Source: Hypanus sabinus | Taxonomy: Eukaryota | Assembly (NCBI RefSeq): GCF_030144855.1 | Contig: NC_082731.1 | Location: forward strand, 22,320,001 to 22,384,000 | Direction of reading: 5' to 3' | DNA length: 64,000 nt | Part shown: piece by piece, positions 22,191 through 36,575 of the stretch | How positions within the stretch are numbered: position 1 is the stretch's first letter | How the letters are laid out: each line of letters starts with the position of its first letter | Position numbers and translations under genes: made by a program | Notes under the pieces: generated by a model | The model's database searches: none | Told to the model about the DNA's origin: nothing | Seen by the model: the letters and a program-made list of their open reading frames with translations, nothing else

Positions 22191-23943
22191 ATCAAGATCA
22201 GCATTGTTTTATCTCTCTTACTTACTGTACGCCCAGACCACACATTTTGTGTAATAAGAGAAGCAACGTCACGCAATACATTTCTCAGCTTAGGTGGCAT
22301 CTGTTAAAAAATACGTCTGTGCCATCGTGTATGGGGCGACTCTGTTTTCCTTTGGACAAATATTACGGATTCACATAAATGTATACCGAAATGCAGGACA
22401 TAATTTATCTGTAGGACAAATGTGTCCACATAGCATACGTCAAAACGCGTTATCCTTGACAACAAAGACACACGTAGTATTGTGAAATCCAGCAATCTTC
22501 TGTCGATCTGTATCTTCCTCAGAGCTGGTCAATACTGAAATAAGCAAGCAGCTGAATTAACATGGCTTACATTAACATCATAACGTGTCGTTTCGTATGA
22601 TGTGGGCGGCCATGATTTCTGCCCGGATTGTTCTACCTGTTGTTGTTTTTTCTTAATAATTACTTTTTATTGTTTATTTTTTTGAATTTAAACATGGCAT
22701 CCTTCGTCTGTTACTGGTGTTTTTCTTCGTTTTACGAGCATTGTATAGCTTTGAAGCAAATAATCCGTTTCCATACGGTATAGAGCTCTGAGACATAATA
22801 GAGTTATTTTATACTCCATACCCTAGGACAACTTCAGAACGACTGCACAGGAACTTAATACCGCTACACCCACGTCCTTCTGATTTTAATGATAAAAGTT
22901 TGAAATATCATATATATCATAATAATCAGCACAGTCTGCTGGAAACTGAGGGTACATAAAATTTAAAGATAGCTAATTGACATAGCCAGTTTGTTTCTGG
23001 TGTGTTCTGATCGCTGTTCCGAGCTGCATCGACTCTTCTAACTAAATGACCGAAACTTTATCGTCAAAGAAAATGGATCTATGCTGTAACTTCCAATTCT
23101 GTATAGCAACACGGTTTTCAAGCAGTTAGGCACGATGAAATACATGTCTGCTTGAGGAATGTACATTAGTCGCACTTGACTGTAATTAGCCCATGGGAAA
23201 GGAAACGACCGTTCGTATGTTGCTGCGTTCAAAGGCATGATTTTATTTTCACACATTTTTTTGAAATTGCGGAAGCAGCAGTCAATTACAAACTATTAAC
23301 TTAAGTGTATTACAAAGATATCGTAGTATGATTACACAATATGAGAGAACAAATCAAGATAAAACAAGTTAGGAATAAACCAGAGAAGACACTAGTTAGG
23401 AGTAAAATATCGGAGGTGGTGAGATGCAAAACCGAGGCTATCAACACCGTCAGCACATTCTCTGTCTTTCACGACTACAAATGTGGATGCATATGGCTAG
23501 AGAATGGTCTAGTCACCACTATAATTCAAACCTTGAAGGAATGGATTTAAACCCTAAACGTGAACTGTACTGTTTTTTTTTCTTGTTTCTGCAGATGCTC
23601 CCTTGCCTGTTTAATTGATCCAACATTCTGTGTGTATTTTTATGTTCCAGACATCCTATAATTTTGTAGTCATTTCTGTGGCAATCACTGTCGGAAACGC
23701 TCAGGGACTTTTTAACTGAAAAGTCAATAATAAGAGCAAATGGATTAAATGTAAAAATCATTGACATATCTAAGCCCAAAATGTATTGATTTAATGCGCC
23801 GATGTTTAAATCCAATTTTGCATGTTTGCGGAATGCATACCTCACAGCATCATTCCAGGTTTTCATATCACAGATATAACTTTCTTATGGCGAAACTGCT
23901 AATGGGACTACATTGTCTAATTCTTTGTAGTGAATTAAAATCA

Positions 23944-24084
23944 NNNNNNNNNNNNNNNNNNNNNNNNNNNNNNNNNNNNNNNNNNNNNNNNNNNNNNNNN
24001 NNNNNNNNNNNNNNNNNNNNNNNNNNNNNNNNNNNNNNNNNNNNNNNNNNNNNNNNNNNNNNNNNNNNNNNNNNNNNNNNNNNN
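23944..24084. other. Assembly gap (141 N)
   Basis: Run of N. It falls where copy 2 has a (TC)n microsatellite (about 49889-49940). Confidence 0.99.
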
Positions 24085-25744
24085 CGTAATATGACTACTG
24101 TGAGCTGCAACTGAGATCACGGCAGAGCTCGTGATGGCATTCTCGCAGACTTTTTTATTCTGCAAGTAATTTTCGAGATCAGACCACAAGTAAACTTAAC
24201 GTCAACTTCGTCAACCTTCTTGCCCCCTGCGGGAAAAATACTGTTTGAAGTATTTCAGACGGAGGAAATGTTAAAATGAGGGTGAGGAAAATCGACAATG
24301 ATCAGCAATTGCATAAAAAATTCCGACGGTACGTAACTGGTGCAAATGGATATTTCTCACCACGACACTCAAGTGCAATATTGACAAATCTGCAAATGCA
24401 ATGCACGTTCAAACAAGACTCTTCATGTTTAAGCATACTTCACATCTCTGACAACACTTAATGTTGTCTGGTCGTTGTTACATTTCATTTTAAAAAAGAA
24501 CGATAGTTTTATTTATGATGCATTGTTGCAATTCTCTAGGGCCGTGCCAGTGCGTCGGATAGCAGGACGCTATAACTGTAAAAATACATGATTGAATTGG
24601 AGATCACAGCACAGCCGCCTTGAATTGAATTTTGAAGCCGAATTGCGACGTTAGCTCTTAGTAGTCGTTTGTACTCCATGTGGAAAGAGTTCGTTTTCTT
24701 CCACCACAGTTTTTTTCCAACAGTCAAAAGACGTTACATTAGCAGTATAACCGTTCATTGTTTGTCCCCTGTCATTATGAAGATTCTGCTGGATCTCAAT
24801 ATGTTTTTGCTTGCGAAGGAGCGCCCATGGAAGTAATATCGAGTTAATCGAGTGGTCTGCATTTCCTCTCTACAGCGAATCTCAAGGCAAAAAAAAAAAA
24901 AAACAAAAACAAAAAAAACTCCGATTGAAATCGAGATCACAGCATAGCTGGCTGGAAAATCAGCCACATCAGCTGCTGCAGGAGATGTTGACAGGGACGA
25001 GATATCGAAAGCAGCTTTTTTTAGAAATTTGAATTTAGGCTGCTCTGCGTAACTGACTAAGTTCAAACGGAATGATTGGGAGCAGATCATATGGATTGCA
25101 CTCCTGCAGTAGCCATTTCGAAGACAGTTCGCTGGCTGACCAAAAACTGTATTTATCTTCATAACATATATATTGGGAAGATTAAACTTAATCACTTTCT
25201 TAAAATATTCTGTCGTGATCTTTAGTGGCAAAGGATATGCTCTTCTGATTGTCATCTTGTGCACATGTATATTAGTGGTTGTGATGCCAGACTTTTGAAG
25301 GTAATTTGTAGGCCGAGCATATTCTACTGAAAATTGTGCAGCACATTTCTTTCCTGCACCATTCAGAACATGAACCTTCCTGATTCACTAAGGTTCCCAT
25401 GTCCAGAGACTCCAGATTCAAAGCAGTGGAACAATAAATGTGCTGACCGATGTTTGACCAGAAACAGCTCCATTAGAACAAGCAAGATTTTGGTTTAACA
25501 GTATATGTTGAAGATACCAGCCCAAACAATTACAAAAAAGAAGATCGAACGGCCTTTGGTGAGCCTTGAGGTCAGCATGACCGATGCTTATTCAGACTGT
25601 TCCTTGAAAATGTTGAAACGTTTGTACACATTTATACTAAACACAATATACTCTGCAGGTGCTGGGCTCAAAGCAACACGCACAATACGCTGGAGGAACT
25701 CAGCAGTTTGGGCAGTTCCTTCCCCCGGATTTATCCTCCACCTT

Positions 25745-26465
25745 CCTTTATTCTTATACCACTGTCGCGTGGCAAAGGCTGTAATCCCTAGATTTCTACG
25801 TTTGTGGCCCTGCTTCTCAATTTCCTTCCTAACTCTCTAGAATGTTTTCAGGACGTCCTCCCTTTTTTGACCTATGTCGTTGGTACCAATATATACCACG
25901 ACATCTGGTGGATGTCCTTTCCACTTTTGGATATCGTGGAAACGATCTAAAACATCACAGCCCCTGACAACTATCATCCCTGTTTCTTTCCTGCTTCCAC
26001 AAAATCGACCGTGTGACACTTTAAATATGCAGTACAGCATTACTGCTGCATTCTTCCTTTCCCTACCCCTATGATACATAAGGTAGGAATGCGTGCTAGA
26101 GGCTCGTCCATTGATATTTCGCCCAGATAGGCTGTACCTACATGTCCAACAGTACACAAAGAGGAATATCTATTATTGAGGGGAACAGCCGCAGTGGTCA
26201 TCTCTCGCCTTTCCGATTTCTGACTGTCAACGGTCTCCGAAGGCTCTGGTGTGACTACTGGCCTATCACGTCCTCACCCTCGCAAGCTTCCTATCGAGTT
26301 TCATACGCTAACCCTGTCCCTAACGAGTGCAGCTCGACGTATCTGGTGCACATGTGGCTGTTTCAGATGCTGGGAATCTCCCCGAATTCCCACATCTGAC
26401 ACAAAGTACAGAGCACCGGCATCACAGACATACTTCCTGATTCTCCTCCTTACAGGTAATTTATC
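25745..26465 (-). mobile_element. CR1 ORF1 fragment (zinc-finger region and SGNH/GDSL esterase domain), degenerate
   Basis: PDVVVYIGTNDIGQKREDVLK (SGNH block typical of CR1/L2 ORF1). Upstream is a degenerate MWEF...HMCTRYVEL..LRDRV zinc-finger-like segment. A short Penelope end abuts it at 25675-25740. Confidence 0.7.
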
Positions 26466-28258
26466 TCGGCTCGATCCGTTATCTCCAAAGACCGAATGAA
26501 CCAAAGCCTTACCGTTCTGTGTCATATCACTACGGTTGATGCTAAGGTGGTAGCTGCTGATAGTCCATGTACCATGGATTAACGCTCGTGAAGCTCCATT
26601 TTTAAATACCTTCCACCGACCTCCAAGAAATTTGCCTCGTTAAAGCTCTGTTGGTGTCGTTGATAGGCCACATAATTGACATGAAGATTTCCAGGTATAT
26701 TTAGCTTTCAGGTAGATATTCTTTTTTCTGGATTGATGTAGTGCGAGTTCACTTGAACAGATAAGGACGCTACAACAGACTTCGATTTTTTTTAACAGCT
26801 GTTGTTTTTTCTTCTAATGACTGTGTATATTTTATAGTTAATATTTAATATGTTTGCTTTATTTTGAGAATTGTGAATATCTCACCTGGCGGGATCGTGA
26901 AAATCCCGAAAGAGTAAGGTGATATTTTATTTTCTTGCACCATTCTAACCGTTGAGCCAATGGAAATAATTTGATACAGAGACAAACGGCTGAACTTCTA
27001 CGTGTACAATGTTTTGCATCAGAAAAGCCTAAACCCAAATGAGACAATCTCTTCTCCAAAAATATGCAAGGCAGGTGTTCAAAACCGAATCTCTTGGGTC
27101 ACAGATGAACCAGTTAAATTTCCAGTATGAGGGAAATGAAATTTAATAGCAAACATAGGCATTAATTGACTTCATATGTAAGTAACAAACAATCAATGCA
27201 ATGAGAGGGACAATGGTGAGTGCAGTAAGTATGCGCCAAAAATGTATTCCTATTCCGTCCTGTTCTAAGTTAACTAGTCATAAGCAGTTGTGAGCATAAT
27301 TTATAACAATACCGAGAGAAAACCAAGATGTTCGAATTTACTTCACACTTCAGTGTGACTAATCATAGGCCACACGATCTTTAGGTTATTACTACTGTCA
27401 ATGCATGAAAGGAGTCTGAGGTAAACGGAAGGATTTCTTTTTTTTTCCAGTGCGCTGCAGAGGGACTCACGATCAACGCGCAATTTGAGCGGATTCTGTA
27501 AAAAAAAAACGAAAGTTGTGCACAGGGGTTTTGTAGTCCGATGTTCGTGTTCAGCACATCCATGGTAAACCTGCAACTCGATAAAAATCCAGGTACTCAA
27601 TAGTTTAAGCTTAGAACATCTTTTTTTTTCAGTTCTGTTCGCCGGTTTTTTGGAAGGTTATGAAAGAATTGGAGATCTTGTGAGTTAGATTTTCCAAGAT
27701 GTGAACTCTACTAAAGAGCGTCTCTTTAAAGGATAGGCTGGTAGAGCTAATGATTTTCAATTTAAATGTAATAAGAAGGGGAACTATCGATATGCAACTG
27801 TACAGGACACCAACATGCATCGATCGACTGCATAATCAGAGACTTGCTCTTCTATCGGACTGAAACAATAGGAGGAGTAAAATTTTATTTGATTGAAGCA
27901 ATACTTGAGTTACTTCTTTACAAGGAGAATGGTTGGTCCATGGAACGACTTGCCAGTTGTGGTGTTAGTGACAGATATATTGGGACGTTTATGGAATTCA
28001 GAGAATAAATAAATTTACTAAATATATAGGATGCATATGCTAAATTAATCTTACTGTCAGTTGAATGTTCGCAGAGCATCGTGCGCATATGTGCAACGCT
28101 CTATGGCAATGCTCTCTGTCAGTCTCTTACTAGATGCAGTTAAATGATAACCACGAGGTGATGCAGGTGATGACGAGGTGTTTGCGTCACAGTAGCCACA
28201 TGGAGGTGCTCTGCAAGCACTGAAAAAAGTGGCCACATAAATATACACAATCAGACAT

Positions 28259-28396
28259 NNNNNNNNNNNNNNNNNNNNNNNNNNNNNNNNNNNNNNNNNN
28301 NNNNNNNNNNNNNNNNNNNNNNNNNNNNNNNNNNNNNNNNNNNNNNNNNNNNNNNNNNNNNNNNNNNNNNNNNNNNNNNNNNNNNNNNNNNNNNNN
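28259..28396. other. Assembly gap (138 N)
   Basis: Run of N. Confidence 0.99.
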
Positions 28397-30569
28397 ATTT
28401 AGTATTTGAACAATACTCTAGAATACCCGGGTTTTTTGCATTTGCCAGTCTCAGTAGCCTTTTCAAAGTACTCCCCCAATCTCAAGCTCCAAAATAAACA
28501 CCGCCTTCTGCTGGAAGTACTTGTTTCTAGAAATTGCACCAGGTGTTTTTGTATTGTTGAAAGAGTCTGTTATTGAAAACACCTTGGAATTAGAATAGTG
28601 CAGCAGGCCTCTCAGGCTGCATTCAACAAATGGACGCCACTGTAACGCAACGCTTAACCATACTAAATTCACAGTGTACCTCAATTAAAAAGGAACTTGC
28701 AGAAAATGGACAGAATAAGAAGTCAATTTAAACAGTAACGCGCTCCGTGCGATATCAAGTTAAATGGAACAGAAAGATATGTAAAGCAGTTCTGTTTATC
28801 AGATTCAACTGTCACATAATTTCGTCTCGAACTATCCGCTGATCCTCTTATTTCACAGTATATTTCTTGGAAATTTCGACGGCGTTGAGTCGAACATGAG
28901 AACACCATGGCCCGCATTTTTCTGAAAAGATTATAACCTCCATGTGACTCATTAAAGTGATATTATGTCATTACATTGGAATGGAAGATAGCGTCAAATG
29001 GCAAATATCTGACTGCAGCTCACTTGGTGACAATCAGATAATCACGCTTAGGTTGACCACAGATGAAGTGGGTTGTTCAATAAGCAGTATAGTTTTTTAA
29101 AAAAACTGATAAAAAAGTCTTCCGTGGATGAAACTCGAAAAGTTCGTTGATGGAGTGAGTGAGCAAACATTTTTTCAAGGCAGAAAGACTTAGAACTACA
29201 GGTAATTAATTTTCTTATCTTGCTGTTGTTTCTAATGAGGCTCTTATATCTTTTTTTTCCAGATGGCAGCCACAAGAAGAGAGCGTGCTTTGAGTGCTGT
29301 GACCCCTTAATGTTCGATGTATCTTTGCACAGTGGTGGGGAGACAACAGCTGAGCAGTAGACAGTCCCGTATTTACATAGTTTTCTAGGGTTTTCCGTTC
29401 AGCGACATTGCTGTTTAATGCCAGGTCGTTCTGTACCTAGTCCGTGTAGTCGCCATCTCATTTCTAGAGAATTGTGTCAAAGTTTAGACTTCATGCGCAA
29501 GGAGATCCAGAAAGGATAAAATAGACGGCTTCATGTCCGGGAAGTTCTAATATTTTGATTTAACCATTGGGAGCTAAGCGTAGAGGTCTATTATTTAATA
29601 TTAAACAAAACAATTATCCGTACAAGTTTGCAACGAATTACAGCAGAAGTAAAATGATAACTGCCTGCATTTCATCGTGTCATAAATACCGCGAAAGTGC
29701 AGCGCAGGTTGACAATATAAGTGCCAATGATAGTAATGGATATGAAACAACGTTCCTGTTTCCTCAATGGATGTGCAACTATGAGTTGAAGGACAGAGAG
29801 GGAACCTGAGGTAAAAACGGATTAAAGTTGCCATAGGAGATGTAAACCTATACAACGGAAGCAGCATACATATTGGATTGAATTTGGTTTTGCGGGAGAG
29901 CGAGAAATACTACATTTATCTCCGCAAAATGGCCACAAAGCTCATGGAACTACGACACGCTGTCTCTACATCGAAAATCACCTACAGTCTGCAAATTCGT
30001 TTAACGTTCTGCAGTGATAGTCCATTTATGGCCATGCGTACATCATTTATTTCACTAAGTCAAACCACATGCTGGCACCCATGAACATCTTTTTCTTTTC
30101 ACAGCAGATGACCCTGTACATGGCTTGTATCTTTGAGAATTGCAAAGCCGAATTGCACTTGTTGTTGGTTGAATAAATCAGCTCAGTATTCGTACGAGCT
30201 GTATGCGTTTTAGCTTCAATATTGGTTATCCGGGAAAGATGAGCAAGAGATTCTGGAAGCATCATCATGAAAAACCGTGTCGCACTGCGCCTCATAACTT
30301 TATCACTTCCAGATACACAGTTTAGTCCCTGTAACAGAAACTAAAAACAAGGATTTAAAGTTGAAACCTCATTTGGAGTATAGTTAGCAGTCGCGGTCCC
30401 TTTATCCTTGGAAGACTGTGCTGACACCTTTGCGAGTTCAAAAGAATTTCACGAAAAACATTCAAGGACGGAGCTGCTTATCACATAAAGAACCTGGGAT
30501 TTGTCCTGTGCCTGTATTCACTGCAGAAGACTGAGGACTGACACGAGTAAAGCCGAACGAATGTTGAAT

Positions 30570-30862
30570 GACCTTGATAGTGGAAAGGGTATTTCATATG
30601 TTGGAAGAGTCAACTGTCAGGAGACACAGCCGCATTTTAGAACTGAAATTAGGAGAAATTTACTTTGGCTGAGTTTGGTAGATCTGTGGATATTGTTCTG
30701 AAAATCCACTGCGATTGTTGCTGTATTTAAAACTGAGGATGATAGATTCTGGATTCGTCAAAGGGCATTTCAGGTGATTGGGCTGGCAAGGACTAATGTT
30801 CGGCCATAATGAAATGGTTCAGTAACGTCGGTTGAACAAATTGTCTAACTCTGCTCCTATGT
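30570..30862 (+). mobile_element. Old CR1 3' fragment, tail-to-tail with the next element
   Basis: tttagaactgaaattaggagaaattt...gatagattct...aactctgctcctatgt resembles CR1 3' ends elsewhere in the window. Confidence 0.5.
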
Positions 30863-32287
30863 AGAAACATAAACATATAAAACCTGCAGCACAACACAGG
30901 CCCTTCGGTCCGCAAAGCTGTGACGAGCATGTCCTTCCCTTAGAACTGCCTGGCCTGCCTACAGCACTCTATTTTGCTAAGCCCCGTGTAGCCATCCAGG
31001 ATTCTCTTAAAAGACACTACCGTTTCCGCCTCCATCAATGTCGTCAGCAGATGATTCCACGCACTCACGACTCTCTGCGTAAAAAGAAATACCCCTGACA
31101 TCTTTTCTGTACCTACTTTCAAGTATCTTAAAACTATACCGTCTCGTGCGAGACATTTAAGCCATGGGAAAATGCCTCTGAATATCCACATGATCAATGC
31201 CTCTTATTATCTTCTACAACTCTATCAGGGCACTAAAAAGCCGAGTTCACTTAACCTATTCTTACAACGCATACTCCCCAATCCAGACAACGTCCTTGGA
31301 AAACTCCCTCCACACTCTCTATGGGTTTCACGTCTTTCTATCAGTGAGGCGACAACCATTGCCCACAATATTTCAAGTGGGGTCTGGACAGGACCCTATA
31401 ATGTTGCAAAATCACCTCTCGGCTCTTAAGCACAATCCCACGATTGATGCAGGAAAGTGACCTGTATGCCTTCTTAACCGCAGAGTCATCCTTCTTTGCA
31501 GCTTCGAGTGTCCTATCAAACCGAAATATAAGATGACTATGATCCTGCCGACTGCCAAGATTCTTACTATTAATGCTATATTCTGCCATCTTATTTGACT
31601 CACTAAAGTTAACCACCTCACATTATCTGGGTTGAGCTCCATCTGCCTCTACTCAGCCTAGTTTTGCATCATATCAATGTTCCGCTCTAAACTCTGACAG
31701 CTGTCCACGCTATCCACAACACCCACAAACTTTGTGTCATCAGAAAATTTACTACCCATCCCTCCTCTCCCTCATCAATTTACTAAAAATTCACAAAGAA
31801 GACGGACCCAGAACGGATCCTTGAGTCACGCACTGGTCGCCGGGCTCCATGCAGATTATAACCTGTCTACAACCACACTTTACGTTCTGTGGACAATCCA
31901 ATTCTGGATCCACAAATCAATGTCCCTCTCGGATCCCATACATCCATAGTTTTACAATACACTAAGCCTTATTGCTAAAATCCATATACACTACATCTAC
32001 GGCTCAACCTTCATCAATGTGTTTAATCATATCTTCAAAAAAAATCAATCCGGCTCGTAAGGCACGACGTGCCTTTGACAAAGCCATGCTGACTATTCCT
32101 ATGGGTATTGTGCCCCTCCACATGTTCATAAATTCTGCCTCTCAGAATCTTTTCGATCGACTTACCAGCCACTGAAGTAAGACTTACTGGTCCATAATTT
32201 CCTCGGCTATCCCTACTCCCTTTCTTGAAAAAGGGAAACAGCAGCAACACTCCAATACTCCGGAACATCTTCCGTCCTCATTGATGA
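30863..32287 (-). mobile_element. CR1-type LINE (RT to 3' tail), degenerate
   Basis: Fragments FKKGSRDSRGNYGPVSLTSVAGK..QHGFVKGTSCLT, MAEYSINSKNLG..VKKAY, FTQRVVSAWNHL. Tail agaaacataaacata at 30863. The left-hand part of this CR1 (30863-32130) is missing from copy 2. Confidence 0.85.
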
Positions 32288-35200
32288 TAATAATTTTGCT
32301 GTAAATCTACGGGTCTTCGTCTCTTTCCCTGAAAAGGGAAAAATCTGTCTCCCCGTTTCACAGCAAATGGGGAGATCAACGCAGAACTCGCTGATATGCG
32401 ATGTTAAAAATCTGTTGCGTTGCAATTTCCGAGCTATGCCTTCAGCGATTCGGCCCCAAGATACACATTTGTGGACACAGAGCCGGCAGCTAACACACTG
32501 CTGCCGATGTTCCCTGTTCTCCCGCGACGCCTCAGCTTGGACCAACGGTCTTCAGAGCAACACAAATCAGAAACCCTGTACGCTTGCAAGCCTTCGATGT
32601 AGTCTGTATGTGATATATAAAAAAAGGCCAGTCGTGATGCGTCGCGAAAAGAAAGTAGTTCGGATTGTAACTCCAGATTAGGGTCATCAAAAGAAACTTG
32701 AAAAGGATAAAAAAACGAGAAAACAAAGTTAGAAATAGAGCTCTTCCCGAGTCGCAAGCAAATGAGTCAGCTTTTACCGTCAATTTGACATTGCTCCACC
32801 TTCCTTATGCAAACTAACTGCTAAGGTTTCCTTGACCTTATGTTCCCTGAGCAAAATTATTTGAAATCACAACATCCAATCCAGTTGCCCTTTTCTCGTG
32901 TGTTCAACTAGAATCGGATCTAAATTTTCTATATCATTGGCATGCTACATATTTCTTAACTTGTAATCCGGCACCAGCTTGTTCTATCAATCTTCATGAA
33001 TTCAGAGATCAGACATGAAAATCGTTTCATCGCTCTATTATACGCAATTCTATCTTCGGTTGCAGTTTGTACTGGATATTTGGTCGACTGTTTGGATGTC
33101 TGCAAACATCTTCCAAAGTTGTTTTTTGTTATCCTTGTACATTTTATTTTATTCTCTACCTGATAGCATTCATACCATATCTAACATGTTTTCAGGAGTT
33201 GCTTTTAACAGAGTTCTATCCTTGCTGCAGTTAGGAAACATGGATTAAATGATTTAGATACCTATACACAGAATTATCCCTGCAAAATGAGTAGAAATTT
33301 ACGAAAGGTTTGCTCCGTGTCTACTTAGTGCACATTTCCACTTACAGTTACAAAGAGACGCACCATCATATCATAGATGGGGATTAGATAGATGCCAATC
33401 TAATCGCCGTACTGATAGGCACTTGCAGTGTCTTTAACAACGTCTTTTGTTAGCGTGGTTATGGTGAAAGCCTTTGACGATATGGTCACTGCTAACGTAT
33501 AGTTTATGTTCAGAAACAGTGAGATGGAATTATACTGATTAATGTTGTGACACTAGAACAAATTCCATGCTATTATTGTTTTTTTTTCTAATGCAATGAC
33601 GAAGAAAACACAATAGGTTCCCGGCAAACCATCAGGAACTTCTTGATGAACCACGGACAGAAGTTTTACTGTTCATTACAACGATCCGTGCAGCTCAGCA
33701 ATGCAATGGCTTCGGTTTGATATCTGTGGAGAAGTGCTTTACCTTTCTGAAAAGAGGAACGAGGGACTCAAGTTCGTATCAAAGAAGACAGTGGGGACAT
33801 AATAGTAAGGTAATTGTTTACAGCGTTATTTCACGTAACAGTTAACGCTACTGTAATTTAAATTTTTTGCCACTGAAACAATTAAAATCATAATGAAACA
33901 AAATAATAATGAAGCGCGGGAAGTAATAATGGAAGATTCTCCTCCAGGTAGTTTACCATCTAGTGAAGGAGAAGTACGACACAAGGATACTATTACTGTA
34001 CCACCATGCGTTTCCGCAGTACACAAGTATTTTTGGTGAACGGCTGTTAACTCCTTTCCTGAGCCCTTTGCTGGGGAACGCGCTAAGATGGCGGCGAGAT
34101 ATTAATATGCAGCAGGTTCACGAGACTCTGGATTTGGGATTTATCAAACGTAAATTTGGGCATGGACAAAACGATGTGGGTTTTCTGGTGTCGTCTGTTT
34201 TGTCTTGTGCTTTTGTGATATCATTCTGGATGAATTTTGTTTCGTTTCTTAACTGCATTGCAGTAGTGGTTTCTAAATGACAATAAACCTAAATTTATTT
34301 CAAATTAGATTCGATTAACGGATATGCAGAACAAAATAAACTTTACTTCGAGTATTGATAATCTGCGCTACGCACTCAATTGATGATCGAGAAAAGCGGA
34401 CATCTACCTCCAAGGTGCTTGTCCATGCCCGAGAACAGCATTACACAATGAAACAGAATATATCCAGAGAAAAGTGGTTATGAGATAGCGCCTCCGCAGC
34501 AAGAAGCAAGCAGAGATATGAATAAAAAATCCTGCTTATAATCGTGTCCATTCCCTATCTCCAACCGAGGATATTCTGAGGATACACATTTAAATCCTTC
34601 AACATCACCAGACGGGATTATTTACATTGAAGCGTTACCATCATAGTGTTGCACAACGCTGGTACAACAAATGTCATTATTGTATTGTTGTATGTTATAC
34701 AAATTGCTTAAAACGCGAAGTGTGACATGTGCCCATGTACAGGATTCAGAAAAAAAGGTTAATGCACCGCCCTGTGTATGTCATTCGCTATCCTTGTCAC
34801 CTGCTAATATTTCAATATGTGGAGTGGCACTTTGCACTTACGTTACTTTTTGTTTCTTAGATAATGAATTATCTTTCGTTAAACTCTGATTCGTTCACAG
34901 CATGATATGCAGAATGCGCCACTATGTACGCAGAAACATCTTCGCAATGCAATGTCAAAAAATATGGAAGCAGAGCAGGATGGATTATGCGTATTTGACA
35001 CGATGATTTTCGAAAATCGATTTATTAATACATTTATACGTAGTCTAATGCCAAATAGTTATGAAATTTCATAACAGAAAAATTAACAAAAAAAAACGTA
35101 AAATGCAGAATATTTTGCATCATCATCACCTCATGCCTCAACTTTCAAGAGGACATCTGTTCAATATTTCAGTTCGAGCAATCTTGGTCAGAAATCAGGC

Positions 35201-35602
35201 GTCAACATCAGAATGTTAATCAGCAGGCAGGCAAGGCCAGCAAGGTGTCTATGGCCCAGGTTTAACACTAGAAAATACGCCCTCATTCTGAAACTAACTT
35301 CATCTGAAACAACATCATCGTTTTGGAACCTGAATTAAAATTTTCCTCTTCCAATCTAACAACATGTTTTGCTTAGTCTTTCCTGCGTTTTCTCTTTCTC
35401 TTCAAGTCATTCTCTTTATTAGTGTATTACGACTTTAGAACATCCATTTCTTGAACGTTTTATTTTACGTTATTTTTGAACGGAAACAAAATTAGGATGC
35501 CAAGCCAGAAATACAGCAAATCCAACAGGTGATTTTGCTACTTCTCGGCCGACCCGTATCGCATTGTTCCATGATATAAACGTCATATGATATATCATTT
35601 TT

Positions 35603-35866
35603 GTGAAACATGGTCAAATGTCTCCATAATTTACAGATTTGGAAAATAGTTTTTTGATTGGTTCATGTTTGCCACACCTCGCTGTCGCGAAAAAAAAAGA
35701 AAAATTACGATGGAAATGCTTGGGCATTCATGCCAAAGTTTCATCAACTATGTGGCGGCTTAGCACTGTAATTTAAGTGCATTTTCACAACATTATTTTC
35801 TGGCATTTATTTCAACTCAGCGCTCAACACAGTTATCCCCCCAGCTCAGATCAGCACGTTTACAAC
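35603..35866 (+). pseudogene. Candidate heavily decayed Ig-superfamily V relic (copy 1), opposite orientation
   Basis: V(K)HGQ.VSII(Y)RF..FDWF ... SGIYF(N)SAL followed by CACAGTT (35828-35834). The nonamer is poor. The copy-2 paralog is clearer. Tentative. Confidence 0.25.
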
Positions 35867-36094
35867 CTGGGTCTCAGTATTTCACTCTGCTACCAGAGTT
35901 AAAATGCCCAGTGTGATATAAATGTGTCTGAAAACAGACACAGAAGCCAGCTTTAGAGTTGTCGCAGTAATAAGAAAATAAGGATAAATAATAATAAAAA
36001 TCTGAATTGCAGAACAAAACTAAGTAGTAACATAAATGTGTACACGTCAATCTAGACATTTAGCAAGTTCTAAATTGTTCAAGATCACAATTTC

Positions 36095-36575
36095 TTCAAT
36101 GCAGGAGAAAGCGAATCGACCATCCACAAGGTGATATACCGTTCAGGTTTCCCGGATAAATCAGCGGAAGCAGAACATTGAATTCAAATGGCCATAGAAT
36201 GGACTTCGAAGGGACTTAAAATTACTGTTCTATGCCAGCGGCTTTTGGTATAGTCTGTTGAAGGAAACCATTGAAATAAAACCAGACAACATTTTTTTTT
36301 GTCAGAGACAAATGTCTCACTCTAAGTAAGAACTGGAATGCAATGATAAACATGCTGAACACCAGAAATCAGTTTGCATGCGGTCTAGCTTCAGGAGAGA
36401 CGGACGTCAGAGGAATATAGACCGCCGGAGTAGACATGCCGAGGCATTATCCCTCACAAAGCTGGTAGTGTTCGGGATCGAAACTTTGGTGAGAATCTAT
36501 ACCTGTAACGGGTTGGAAGCCCGAAGAAGGTACATTCGTCATATATATTACGGGAAACTACTGAATCCTGATGAG
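36095..36575 (+). mobile_element. Penelope (Poseidon-like) GIY-YIG C-terminus and 3' end relic
   Basis: Degenerate KSAEAEH.I.NGHRMDFEGTKLL.YASGFW..LLKETIEIK, followed by the gatcgaaactttgg and cccgaagaaggtacattcgtcatatatattacgggaaa terminal motifs. Confidence 0.7.

Noticed and set aside
24755-25264. 169-aa minus-strand ORF
   Set aside because: It includes a translated poly-T run and has only faint resemblance to a LINE (RTE-like) endonuclease. There are no splice or expression cues, so it is not supportable as a gene.
28670-29334. Isolated consensus heptamers CACAGTG (28670, 29328; also 56049, and CACTGTG at 1760)
   Set aside because: None has a nonamer at 12 or 23 bp or an adjacent V/D/J coding flank; such heptamers are expected by chance.
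32315-32700. Minus-strand V-like words (DPNLELQ, EGLQ, DRWS, HISE..VD..CC) and an ACGAAGACC nonamer-like 9-mer (paralog 52505-52890)
   Set aside because: No first Cys or Trp at the proper spacing, the motifs fall in different frames with wrong distances, and the heptamer lacks CAC.
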